Assembly (NCBI GenBank): GCA_009843625.1
Contig: VYDD01000156.1
Location: 2,566 to 61,847 of the forward strand
Origin: Gammaproteobacteria bacterium
GTDB lineage: Bacteria > Gemmatimonadota > Gemmatimonadetes > Longimicrobiales > Gaopeijiaceae
Direction of reading: 5' to 3'
DNA length: 59,282 bases
Of the stretch, positions 12,358 through 20,696 are shown piece by piece (position 1 is the stretch's first letter; each line of letters begins with the position of its first letter). The position numbers and the translations under genes are program-made. Under the pieces are notes generated by a model that searched no databases, had not been told where the DNA came from, and saw nothing but the letters and a program-made list of their open reading frames with translations.

Positions 12358-12788
12358 TCGCGCTTCCGGACGTCAACGTGCTGATCGCCCTCGCCTGGCC
12401 GAACCACGTACACCACGCCGCCGCCCGGTCCTGGTTTCGGGAACATCGGGACGGTGGATGGGCGACGTGTCCGCTCACCGAGGCGGGCTTCGTGCGGGTC
12501 TCGTGCAACCCGGTCGCGGTGCGGCACTCCGTCACGCCTCTGGACGCCATCGCCGTCCTCGGGAAGATCACACATCTGGGCTCTCATGCCTTCTGGCCGA
12601 TGGACCGCTCCCTCCTTGATCTGCCGGAGGCCATCGGCCCCCGCATCCAGGGATACCGGCAGATCACCGACGCCCTCCTGCTGGCCACCGCGATGCAGCG
12701 GGACGGGCGCCTCGCAACACTGGATGGTAGCCTCGCGGGCCTGGTCCCCGCCGGGGCCAACCGCTTCCTCTACGTCATCCCCGTGTAG
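12354..12788 (+). CDS. vapC: PIN-domain toxin (VapC)
   Basis: LPDVNVLIALAWPNHVHH ... CPLTEAGFVRV ... ITDALLLATA ... LATLD are PIN-like acidic and structural motifs. Confidence 0.85.
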   Translation: MIALPDVNVLIALAWPNHVHHAAARSWFREHRDGGWATCPLTEAGFVRVSCNPVAVRHSVTPLDAIAVLGKITHLGSHAFWPMDRSLLDLPEAIGPRIQGYRQITDALLLATAMQRDGRLATLDGSLAGLVPAGANRFLYVIPV

Positions 12789-12961
12789 GGCTCCCGCTCC
12801 GGAGGCGCGGAGAAGGCGAAGCGGCTCTTCCTCCCGACGACATTGTCGGGCGGGCGCCCGCCGCGAGCTGCGGTGCTGAACAGACGCCTCGGTGATTATG
12901 TCCGGCTCTCCGCGCGGGAGAGACGATACGGTGGCGGCCGCTCACGACGACCCGCGCCACT

Positions 12962-12988
12962 GACCCCCAGTCCATGAGACTGAGGCTC
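12962..12988. repeat. GACCCCCAGT-type hairpin repeat, copy b
   Basis: gacccccagtc-catga-gactgaggctc. Confidence 0.7.
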
Positions 12989-13198
12989 CCGCGACGGCCG
13001 CCCCGGACGCGCGTGACGCCCCAAGGGTGAAGAGGGCCTCGTCGGCTGTTGCACCCCATCCGCGGCAGCCCGGCGGAACTGGCCACTCCCCGAGGTACCC
13101 GTCCGCGGGTCTTGTCGTTCGACGTCGACGGCATCGAGGCCGTCGGTCGGCATGTGGACGCCTTGTCGGCGTTTGCTACGCGTCGTTACCGTCGATGC

Positions 13199-13519
13199 AT
13201 GAGGTCAGTAGGGATCGACGCGTTGAAGCGCCGCTTAAGGGAATACGTTCGGCTCGCCGCGTCAGGAGAGACGATTCTGGTAACGGATCGCGATCGCGTG
13301 GTGGCGGAGCTCGGTCCTCCGCCGGAGACCAAGAGTGCGATCATCGCCGATCCCCTGCTGGCTGGCTTGGTTCGAGGCGGCGTACTCACTCCGCCGGTCC
13401 TCTCCGCTTCCGGCCGGCCACGCAAGCCGCCGCCGGTCGCCCGGCTGGACGACCTCCTGGCCGAACTCGATGAAGCTCGGTGCGATCGACTCCCGGGAGC
13501 GGGGCAACCTAGAGGCTGA
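13199..13519 (+). CDS. Phd/YefM-type antitoxin, no intact toxin downstream
   Basis: MRSVGIDALKRRLREYVRLAASGETILVTDRDRVVAEL is a Phd/YefM-like N-terminus. ATG at 13199 lies within track ORF 13049..13519. Confidence 0.7.
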   Translation: MRSVGIDALKRRLREYVRLAASGETILVTDRDRVVAELGPPPETKSAIIADPLLAGLVRGGVLTPPVLSASGRPRKPPPVARLDDLLAELDEARCDRLPGAGQPRG

Positions 13520-13614
13520 GGTGCTGGTTGGTGACGAAGCGGCGCTCGGAGACGCCTCGGACTGAGTCCGTACTCGCCGCGCTCCCGTTGCCGAGCACCA
13601 CGAGTCCACGATGG

Positions 13615-14205
13615 CTAGGCGGCTTGCCCCGCATGCTCTAGTGCCGACGCGACGCGCGCCTGCGTGTCTCGGGAGCCGTACTCCGTCGCCATGGTCGTCA
13701 GTCGGTCCGCGTCGAACCGGCGACGCGCCACGGCACGGGCGAGAGCAGCGGTGAGGTCGTCCCGATCGGCGGCTGCCTGCTCCGCGTGTCGGAAGAGGTC
13801 GATCACGAACCACTCCGGTGAGGGTCGTCTAGGGAACGACACGCGTCGCAGCAGGAAGCGACGGCCGCCGAGCGTGAACTCGCCGGAGCGCTTCGTGTTG
13901 TAGACGAGCTGGGCGGCAAACCACGCCGACGTGCCGAGGCCGAGCGCGTTCCACTGCTCGGGGCCGGTGAGCACGAAGGGCCCGCCGACAAAGGCCCGCA
14001 TGATCGCCTCATCGGTCGGAGGCACGACACCGAATCGACCCTCGTCGGGGTGCACGAACAGACCGCGCGCGAGCGGCATGAGCTCCCCCTCGTCCACGAG
14101 CCGGCGAGCCAGCCGCGACGGGTTCGTGCTCCATTGCGAGAAGTCACGCGTGCGGTAGACACGGCCCCGCCTCAGCATCGAAACGTCGGTTGGCATATCG
14201 GTCAT
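13615..14205 (-). CDS. AbiEi-like / DUF6088-like putative antitoxin
   Basis: RVYRTRDFSQWSTNPSRLARRLVDEGELMPLARGLFVHP is a wHTH pattern as in AbiEi/DUF6088 proteins. No nucleotidyltransferase gene is adjacent. Confidence 0.55.
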   Translation of the reverse strand: MTDMPTDVSMLRRGRVYRTRDFSQWSTNPSRLARRLVDEGELMPLARGLFVHPDEGRFGVVPPTDEAIMRAFVGGPFVLTGPEQWNALGLGTSAWFAAQLVYNTKRSGEFTLGGRRFLLRRVSFPRRPSPEWFVIDLFRHAEQAAADRDDLTAALARAVARRRFDADRLTTMATEYGSRDTQARVASALEHAGQAA

Positions 14206-14398
14206 CTCCTGGAGGAGGGCCCACGGCCGCTGGGCCTGCGTGCGCCGCGGCCCGTTGCGACGGAACGCCGCCGCGGGACCCGCCTCGGTGACTCCACATC
14301 GCGGTCCGGGCGCCCGCGGTCAAGTCGTCTTATGTCCGCGCGTCGATCCAGGCGGACGCCTCGAGAGGTCGCGCGACGCCGTTGCCGAAGAATATACT

Positions 14399-14428
14399 GT
14401 TCCTTACATCTGTTGCAGTGTAAGGAAC
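14399..14428. promoter_or_regulatory. Perfect 10-bp inverted repeat, putative operator of the AbrB-VapC module
   Basis: gttccttaca-N10-tgtaaggaac. It lies between TATACT (14393-14398) and the ATG at 14434. Confidence 0.5.
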
Positions 14429-14433
14429 CGTGC

Positions 14434-14682
14434 ATGGAAGTGTCGGCACGCCTCAGCTCCAAGGGCCAGGTCACGATCCCGCGCGCGGTCCGTGACGCGC
14501 TCGCCATCAAGGCAGGCGACGAGGTCCTGTTCCGCGTCGAGGGCGAGCGAGCGATCCTCGCCCGAGCTCCCGATCTGCTCGGGCTCGCCGGATCCGTGAG
14601 CGTGCCCGCGGCTCGTCGCGGCACCCCCTGGGACGAGATCGTGCGCGAGACGAGGCGAGCGAGAGCGGTGGACCGCCTATGA
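14434..14682 (+). CDS. vapB: AbrB/SpoVT-family antitoxin (VapB-like)
   Basis: RLSSKGQVTIPRAVRDALAIKAGDEVLF is an AbrB-type motif. 4-nt overlap with the PIN gene. Confidence 0.85.
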   Translation: MEVSARLSSKGQVTIPRAVRDALAIKAGDEVLFRVEGERAILARAPDLLGLAGSVSVPAARRGTPWDEIVRETRRARAVDRL

Positions 14683-15074
14683 CGGCTCTCGTCGATGCCA
14701 ACGTGCTGATCAGACATCTCACGGGGGACCCGCCTGAGCAGGCGGGCCGCGCAACGAGATTCCTCGAGCGAGCCGACAAGCTGCTGCTACCGGACCTGAT
14801 AGTGGCCGAGGTGGCCTACGTGCTGGAGTCCTACTACGAGGTCGCGCGCGATCAGGTCGCGGAGGCGCTGCGCGCGGTTCTCTCGTTCCGGGCCACCCGC
14901 GTGCTCGACGCGGCTCTCCTCCATCGCACCGTCGAGCTCTACGACCTACACCGGCTGGACTTCGCCGACGCGTACCTGATCGCCACGGCCGAGCGCACGG
15001 GGATCGGGGTGGTCGCCTCCTTCGATCACGATCTCGACCGGGTCGACACGATCCGGCGCAAGGAGCCCTCGTGA
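14679..15074 (+). CDS. vapC: PIN-domain toxin (VapC)
   Basis: LVDANVLIRHLTGD ... IVAEVAYVL ... DFADAYLIATA ... VASFDHD are the four PIN acidic positions. Confidence 0.9.
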   Translation: MTALVDANVLIRHLTGDPPEQAGRATRFLERADKLLLPDLIVAEVAYVLESYYEVARDQVAEALRAVLSFRATRVLDAALLHRTVELYDLHRLDFADAYLIATAERTGIGVVASFDHDLDRVDTIRRKEPS

Positions 15075-15262
15075 CGAATGTCCCGAGGCAGCCGCCAAGG
15101 CGCCCGGAACAGGCGGCTCGGCTATTGAGTAGTTCTAGCGCGAGATCGCAAGGATGAGGTCAGAGTACGGGTCGAGCGCTACCGGAACGGCGGGCCCTTG
15201 GCATCACGTTGGTGGTGCTTGGGGCTGTGCGCGCCGCCGCGCCTCACGACGTTGAGGTGCCG

Positions 15263-15550
15263 TCACCGGGCCCGGCGCAGTGGTTCCACATGACGGTCCG
15301 GCCGTCGTGTGGCCAGGTCGTAGTGCGCCTGCAAGTTGATCCAGAAGTTGGGCGTGGTCTCGAATGCGCTGGCTAGCAGCCACGCCGTCTCCGGCGTGAT
15401 GCCACGCTTGCCGCGCACGATCTCGTTCACTCGCTGCACGGGCACGCCGATGCTGTTGGCGAGCGCGACCTGCGTGAGGTCGAGTGGCTTCAGGAACTCC
15501 TCCGCAAGAACCTCGCCAGGGTGGGTGGGGGTCCGGTTCGCTGGGAGCAT
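15263..15550 (-). CDS. higA: HigA-type antitoxin (XRE HTH)
   Basis: HPGEVLAEEFLKPLDLTQVALANSIGVPVQRVNEIVRGKRGITPETAWLLASAFETTPNFWINLQ is the canonical HigA pattern. Confidence 0.9.
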   Translation of the reverse strand: MLPANRTPTHPGEVLAEEFLKPLDLTQVALANSIGVPVQRVNEIVRGKRGITPETAWLLASAFETTPNFWINLQAHYDLATRRPDRHVEPLRRAR

Positions 15551-15561
15551 CTGTGTACCTC

Positions 15562-15849
15562 CTACGTGTGGTAGTCAACGATACTCACGCCGGATGCGTT
15601 ACCCGACTCCCACCGGAACACGATCCGCCACTGTTCGTTGATCCGAATGCTGTATAGCCCTCTCAAGTCGCCCCGCAACTGCTCCAGTCGGTTCCCCGGT
15701 GGCGACCTCAGGTCCCGCAACGAGTCTGCGGCGTTCAGCATGTCGAGCCTGCGAACCGCCCGCTCCCGCAGCTGCTCCGGAATCCGTCGTGCGCGGCCGC
15801 GCCCGTGGAATAGGGCTTCCGTCGCGTCGTCACCAAACGACTCGATCAC
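15562..15849 (-). CDS. higB: HigB-type (RelE/ParE superfamily) killer toxin
   Basis: LRDLRSPPGNRLEQLRGDLRGLYSIRINEQWRIVFRW is a HigB-like motif. The toxin-first order matches higBA. Confidence 0.85.
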   Translation of the reverse strand: MIESFGDDATEALFHGRGRARRIPEQLRERAVRRLDMLNAADSLRDLRSPPGNRLEQLRGDLRGLYSIRINEQWRIVFRWESGNASGVSIVDYHT

Positions 15850-16038
15850 CCATGACCTCGCCCGCGCCCACCCCGGGAACAGGCTAGCATGGATACACGG
15901 TAACCATGCAAATGCGACGCTCGCGTCGTCCGAGATGACGGCGATCGGTCAGGCTGCGGGCCACAGCCTGAGCGTGGAGCGTGGCCGACCTTGGTGTACG
16001 TTTGTGCTGGACAACTTACCGAAAAGGTCAAGACGGCA

Positions 16039-16878
16039 ATGGCATCACATAGCACCTTCCGTCCGTATGGCGAGCCTCTGGGCGTTCGCCTCGTCGACTC
16101 GCTGCAGAGCGCCGGCCTCGATCTGTTCAGCTCGGCGGACGCTCACGGAGAGGCGGGACAGCTCGGGCTCAGTCGCGGGCACGTCTCGAAGCTGCTCCAT
16201 CAGCTCACGGAGGCGCGTCGGCTCACCCGGGTCAAGAGAGGGCTGTATGCGATCAACGACGCGGTGACCAGGAGTCCACGCGTCCACCCCTTCGCTATCG
16301 GCACCTCCCTTGTCACGCCTTCAGCGATTAGCCATTGGTCGGCGTTGCAACACTGGGGACTCACCGAACAAGTGCCGGGAGCGGTGACCCTCTCATCTCC
16401 GCGACGCACGTTTCTGCCGACCGGGCAGGTGGAGGCTACTCACGGTCTGCGCGCCCGGGTGGTGGCGGAGACGCGTTACCAGGTCGTCTCGATCGTGGAG
16501 AGCAGGTTCTTCGCAGTCACCGACGTGTGGATGGACGAGCGAAGCCGCGTGTCAGTCCTTGACCGTGAGCGGGCGCTGCTCGACGCCTTCCAGCACTTCC
16601 ACGTCTTCGGTTCGCTCTCGGTAGGGCTGGGGATTCTCGACGACCATCTCCACGACCTCGACGTCGACCGGCTCGTGCATCACGCGATCCGCTTGGATAT
16701 CGGCGCGGTCGCCAAGCGCCTCGGCTGGGCGCTGGAGCGGCTCCAGGTGCCGGAGCGAGCGCTGAAGCCGCTGCTCACCCACCCCGTGAAGGGTGACACC
16801 CCACTCGAGCCGGGAAGGCCCGCACGCGGTCACCACGACCGGCGGTGGCAGGTGATCGAGAACCTCGCCACGCGATGA
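16039..16878 (+). CDS. AbiEi-family type IV antitoxin / transcriptional regulator, orphan
   Basis: GLSRGHVSKLLHQLTEARRLTRVKRGLYAIN (wHTH), then TPSAISHWSALQHWGLTEQVP and the C-terminal AbiEi region. ATG at 16039 lies within track ORF 15991..16878. Confidence 0.8.
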   Translation: MASHSTFRPYGEPLGVRLVDSLQSAGLDLFSSADAHGEAGQLGLSRGHVSKLLHQLTEARRLTRVKRGLYAINDAVTRSPRVHPFAIGTSLVTPSAISHWSALQHWGLTEQVPGAVTLSSPRRTFLPTGQVEATHGLRARVVAETRYQVVSIVESRFFAVTDVWMDERSRVSVLDRERALLDAFQHFHVFGSLSVGLGILDDHLHDLDVDRLVHHAIRLDIGAVAKRLGWALERLQVPERALKPLLTHPVKGDTPLEPGRPARGHHDRRWQVIENLATR

Positions 16879-17216
16879 GCCGTGCACGGCTCCAGCTCCG
16901 GGCGGCCAAAGCAACGGCCGGCGCCGGTGAGGCGTAGTGGGCATCCGCTCCCACCGGAGCGTGTCCCCCTTGTCTACGGCGGACGCATACGCTAGCTCGA
17001 CCGCGGCTACGTCGCGGGCTATTCGGTACGAGGCCTCTGGGCACTCCCTCAGGGTCGAGCGCTTGATGCTGGTCACCGGTGACCAGCTACACCGACTGCA
17101 GGAACAACTCGCGGGATCCGTCGGCGACAGGGCGGAGAGACACGCTCTGGAGCGTACCCGTGTGCACTCGCTGGTTGCGGAGCACCGCGGACGCGTAGAC
17201 GACGCCGGTGCCGAAC

Positions 17217-17411
17217 TCAGCGGTCGTCTCGGCTGCTCGACTCGGATCCATCGGAGCTCGGCGGATTCTTGGGCTTCAGGTCTTCGGTAAAGGGGTTCCT
17301 GGTGCCCTTCGTCGGGTTCTTCTGAGGACCCTTGCCGATGGCGCCCGCCTGCTTCTCGACGAGTCTGCTCGCGCGCTGCCGCACGACCCTGTTCGACCCC
17401 TTGGACGCCAT
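17217..17411 (-). CDS. Small basic hypothetical protein
   Basis: 64-aa ORF (MASKGSNRVVRQRASRLVEKQ...) with non-random, Lys-rich composition unusual for a spurious high-GC ORF. No family recognised. Confidence 0.25.
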   Translation of the reverse strand: MASKGSNRVVRQRASRLVEKQAGAIGKGPQKNPTKGTRNPFTEDLKPKNPPSSDGSESSSRDDR

Positions 17412-17534
17412 GCGTATCCCTCAATCGAGTCTCGGTAGAACTCGCGTTCTCGAACATAGCGGGTGACCAGCCGCTCGGCCAGCTCCCGCGGGGCGTCGCG
17501 CGCTGTCCTCAGGCCGGCGAGTCGGTCGTGGCGC

Positions 17535-17561
17535 GACCCCCAGTTCTAGAAACTGAGGCTC
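17535..17561. repeat. GACCCCCAGT-type hairpin repeat, copy c
   Basis: gacccccagtt-ctaga-aactgaggctc. A left-arm-only half copy follows 60 nt downstream (17586-17601). Confidence 0.7.
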
Positions 17562-18116
17562 ATTCTCGCTGCGGCGCCTGGTGTCTCGTGGTGCGACCCC
17601 CTAGCATCCCGACGTCCCACCGAGCACACTGGCAGTGTAGATCTCGGTGGTATCAGTAACATAAAAAAAAAAATTCACTTAGGTTGAAATCCGGCCAATT
17701 TGGGGCGTCTCGGTATTCGGCAGGGCTAACAAATGTGGCCATGTTGTGGCCATGGTCCGTCCAATTGGCCGGCAGACGTGTGCGCCTCCCTAGCGCGACT
17801 ACGACGTCAGCGCGCCCGAGAGGTGCGGACAGGTCGCCCCTTGGCGGCCCTCATGACCGCGTCCGCGCCGCAGCGATCCACCCGGGGCTCCGGCGGGCGC
17901 GTGAGTTGGCGCCATGCCGGCGGCCTGCTCGAGCTTGCGAGGCGCGGGCCTCGGCCGTCAGGTGGCCTCCCACGATCGCCGTACCGTCTAGATTCACACG
18001 GGGAGGCGCTGCGTCGTCTTCGATCGCTCGCCCCCTGACGGCTGCTATGAGGTCCGCTACCTGGATGGGGTGCGGTTCAACGATGCTCGCCCGGCGGCGA
18101 TCCCCCACCGGTAGCC

Positions 18117-18704
18117 TTAGTCGAGGGGCCAAGCTCCCAGGGTCGTGGCGTCCATCTCCGCCGACACTGTTCGCCGGTCGTGGCCGAGCACTGCCGTCAA
18201 ACGGATGCGGACCTTGTTGCCCACAAGGAACGTGGGGCGCTCCCCGTGGCGAGGCCACCGTTGCAGGGCGACGGATCGAGACTCGACAGAGCTCGCCGGA
18301 GGGAGGTGCCAGTCTTCCTCTTTCGCGTCTAGGTTGAAGCCGAACCGTCTCCCCGGTAGGCCCGGCCTATAGACGCGACCGCGCCACTGTGTGATTCGCT
18401 CCTCGACATCACCGTAGTTGGATGCCGAGACGGCCACATACACCATCGCGGCGTTGGTATGGATCGAACCTCCTGAGCTGCCGTCCATACCCGCGATGCG
18501 CAGATCGATTCTCGGGGCAGACCGGACAATCATCTCGCTCGCGGTGAACCCCAACCACACCCCGAAGAGGCCACCCGCCAGCAGGCTGACCATCGACCAC
18601 TGTGTCGGCATGATCTGCGGGCCGATGACGGCGATGGCCACCTCACCAGCCACGAGAGTGACAAGGCCGTAGGCGATTCTCTGGGGCGGTCGGATACGCA
18701 TCAC
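18117..18704 (-). CDS. Hypothetical membrane protein (two N-terminal TM segments)
   Basis: 195-aa ORF. Hydrophobic stretches are YGLVTLVAGEVAIAVIG and MVSLLAGGLFGVWLGF. No recognisable domain. Confidence 0.45.
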   Translation of the reverse strand: MMRIRPPQRIAYGLVTLVAGEVAIAVIGPQIMPTQWSMVSLLAGGLFGVWLGFTASEMIVRSAPRIDLRIAGMDGSSGGSIHTNAAMVYVAVSASNYGDVEERITQWRGRVYRPGLPGRRFGFNLDAKEEDWHLPPASSVESRSVALQRWPRHGERPTFLVGNKVRIRLTAVLGHDRRTVSAEMDATTLGAWPLD

Positions 18705-19436
18705 GGCTCAAGCACGCAGATGCACCTCGACAGGGCCGTGAGTCCCATCCGATCCCACCAGCTCTGCCTGCGGCACCTCCGGGGAGCCATTCCATGCTAG
18801 CCGAGCGGCAGTTCTCACGCGAACACCCCACCTGACGAAGGCATGTCCTCGTCTGGCTGAGCCGACAGCCCGCAAGAGTAACGTCGCCCGCGTCGGCTAC
18901 CGGATGCTCGCGCCCGACGGGGAGGATCCGGCGGGTAGCCTCGCCGGACGGCGATGGGGCAATCACCTCGCCGACGGCCTGCCGACGCGCACGAGTCGGC
19001 TTCCGGACGCCACGGGCGGTCCCCGCTCCGCGGCCAGGTCGCGCCTCGGCTGTCCGAGTGGGCGCTCGAATCGGCAGGAGCGTGCGTGGCTCCACGTCCA
19101 CCTGCTGCGATGTCCCGACCTGCATGCCCACCCTCAAACCCCGGCCTCCCGCAAGGTCCGCAGCGCCCTGACGAACGCCCTTGCGTTCTTGCCTGGGGTG
19201 CGCGACAAGTAGACCCGCGTCGACCGGGTAGACCGTCCCAGCGGAGTGTCCGGAACTCCATGAGCCACCCCTCTGTGCTTCCGACGTAGCGGTGGGGACG
19301 GTACGTCCGCTTCCAGGTGGAAGCGAGTCTGGAAAACGCGTTGAGCACAGATGACGAAGAGGCTGCGATTCCTTGGTGGCTGGACAGCCCCGGATCGCGT
19401 TGATAGCTTTCGTAAGAGTTCCCCTCCCCCAACTCG

Positions 19437-20696
19437 ATGACGGGCCGCTTCCGTGAGTGGATCATGACCACAAACCCCGAAGACCCCACAGGCCAGGTCG
19501 AACTCCTGCACCAGTGCCTCGCCGGCGACAAGAAACCGATTGGTTTCCTCCTAGGGGCGGGCTGCCCAATGGCAATTCGAACTCGAGCTCCAGGGGGCGA
19601 CTCGGACGAACCTCTTATCCCCGACGTCGCGACTCTGACGGAGCGAGTGCGGGAGTGTATCGGAGGCTCTGGTGAGCTCGGCGCCCCGCTCACATGCGTT
19701 GAGGAACACCTGCGGAGCGATCGCGGTGGTAGCGCAACTGTCGAAGATGTGCTGACGCACATAAGGTCGCTCGCCGCGGTTGCAGGACAAGGGGAAGTGC
19801 GAGGTTTGACAGCTCAACAGCTCTCTTCGCTGGACAAGTACATCTGTGACGTGATCCACGATCTCGTGGACAAGGAACTTCCCGAGGGTGACACGCCCTA
19901 CCATGTGGTTGCGAGATGGGTTAACTCTGTTCGCCGAGAGTTTCCGGTCGAGATATTCACTCCCAATTACGATCTTCTGATTGAGCAGGCTATGGAGGCG
20001 ACGCGCACGCCCTACTTCGATGGCTTCCCAGGCGTTCAGAGTCCCCTATTCGACCCAGCATCTGTGGAAGACTCTCGACTACCTCCACACTGGGCACGGG
20101 TATGGAAGCTACACGGATCCATCAACTGGTACCAGAATTCCGTTGGAGATGTCTTTCGTAGCACAACTTCCGAAGGAAGAGATAGGCGCGTAATACACCC
20201 TTCCCACCTAAAGCATGAGGAGAGTCGTCGCATGCCATACTTGGCGATGCTGGATAGGCTTCGCAACTTTCTGCGGGAGCCAACGGCAGTACTCGTCCTG
20301 TGCGGATACTCGTTCAGAGATGGACACATAAACGATACAATCGCTCAAGGCCTACAGTACACCAGAACATCCATTGCATATGGACTGCTCTTCGGTAATC
20401 TAGAGAATTGCCCAAGAGCTATTGAACTGGCAAAGGACCACCCAAATCTCAACCTCCTCGCCCTTGATGGAGGCATCATCGGTAGTCGAGAAGTTGAGTG
20501 GTGTCGGACTGTAACTGGCTCGGCACTCGAGCTCCCTGGTGGGGCGATCAGTTGGTGTGCCATAGACGAGAAGGATGAGGCAGCGCTCCAACGAGGGCAG
20601 TGCCGATTGGGCGACTTCGCGGTGTTCACCGCGTTTCTCAGTAGCCTCTCCAGGGGCACGCAACCTACCGAGCACGGTGTCTCGCGTGGCTCGTGA
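19437..20696 (+). CDS. SIR2-family protein (SIR2_2-like) of a SIR2-HerA defence pair
   Basis: FLLGAGCP, TPNYDLLIEQA, KLHGSINW and GYSFRDGHIN are typical of defence-type SIR2 domains. Alternative ATG at 19464. The end overlaps the herA start. Confidence 0.9.
   Translation: MTGRFREWIMTTNPEDPTGQVELLHQCLAGDKKPIGFLLGAGCPMAIRTRAPGGDSDEPLIPDVATLTERVRECIGGSGELGAPLTCVEEHLRSDRGGSATVEDVLTHIRSLAAVAGQGEVRGLTAQQLSSLDKYICDVIHDLVDKELPEGDTPYHVVARWVNSVRREFPVEIFTPNYDLLIEQAMEATRTPYFDGFPGVQSPLFDPASVEDSRLPPHWARVWKLHGSINWYQNSVGDVFRSTTSEGRDRRVIHPSHLKHEESRRMPYLAMLDRLRNFLREPTAVLVLCGYSFRDGHINDTIAQGLQYTRTSIAYGLLFGNLENCPRAIELAKDHPNLNLLALDGGIIGSREVEWCRTVTGSALELPGGAISWCAIDEKDEAALQRGQCRLGDFAVFTAFLSSLSRGTQPTEHGVSRGS

Noticed and set aside
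16552-17457. 301-aa minus-strand ORF overlapping the 3' end of the AbiEi gene.
   Set aside because: It overlaps a well-supported gene on the other strand, has Ser/Arg/Pro-rich composition, and no family was recognised.
16875-17460. Search for the AbiEii nucleotidyltransferase toxin expected downstream of AbiEi.
   Set aside because: Only a 20-codon ORF (MSRARLQLRAAKATAGAGEA) overlaps the AbiEi stop. No frame downstream shows the LKGG-type AbiEii signature, so the region appears degenerate. AbiEi is therefore called an orphan.
17682-17697. ggttgaaatccggcc resembles a tRNA T-arm (GGTTCGAATCC) and could be a tRNA 3' remnant serving as an att site.
   Set aside because: I could not fold an acceptor stem or a complementary T-stem, and there is no full tRNA nearby. 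The similarity is too short to support a call.
17684-18337. 217-aa plus-strand ORF spanning the island junction.
   Set aside because: It starts in the A/T-rich junction, runs antisense into the membrane-protein gene, and has a low-complexity Arg/Ala/Pro-rich product.
18815-19762. 315-aa minus-strand ORF and other ORFs (18643..19137, 18904..19212, 19134..19511) in the gap upstream of SIR2.
   Set aside because: They overlap one another and the SIR2 start and are Arg/Ser/Pro-rich without motifs. The region is treated as non-coding or degenerate.
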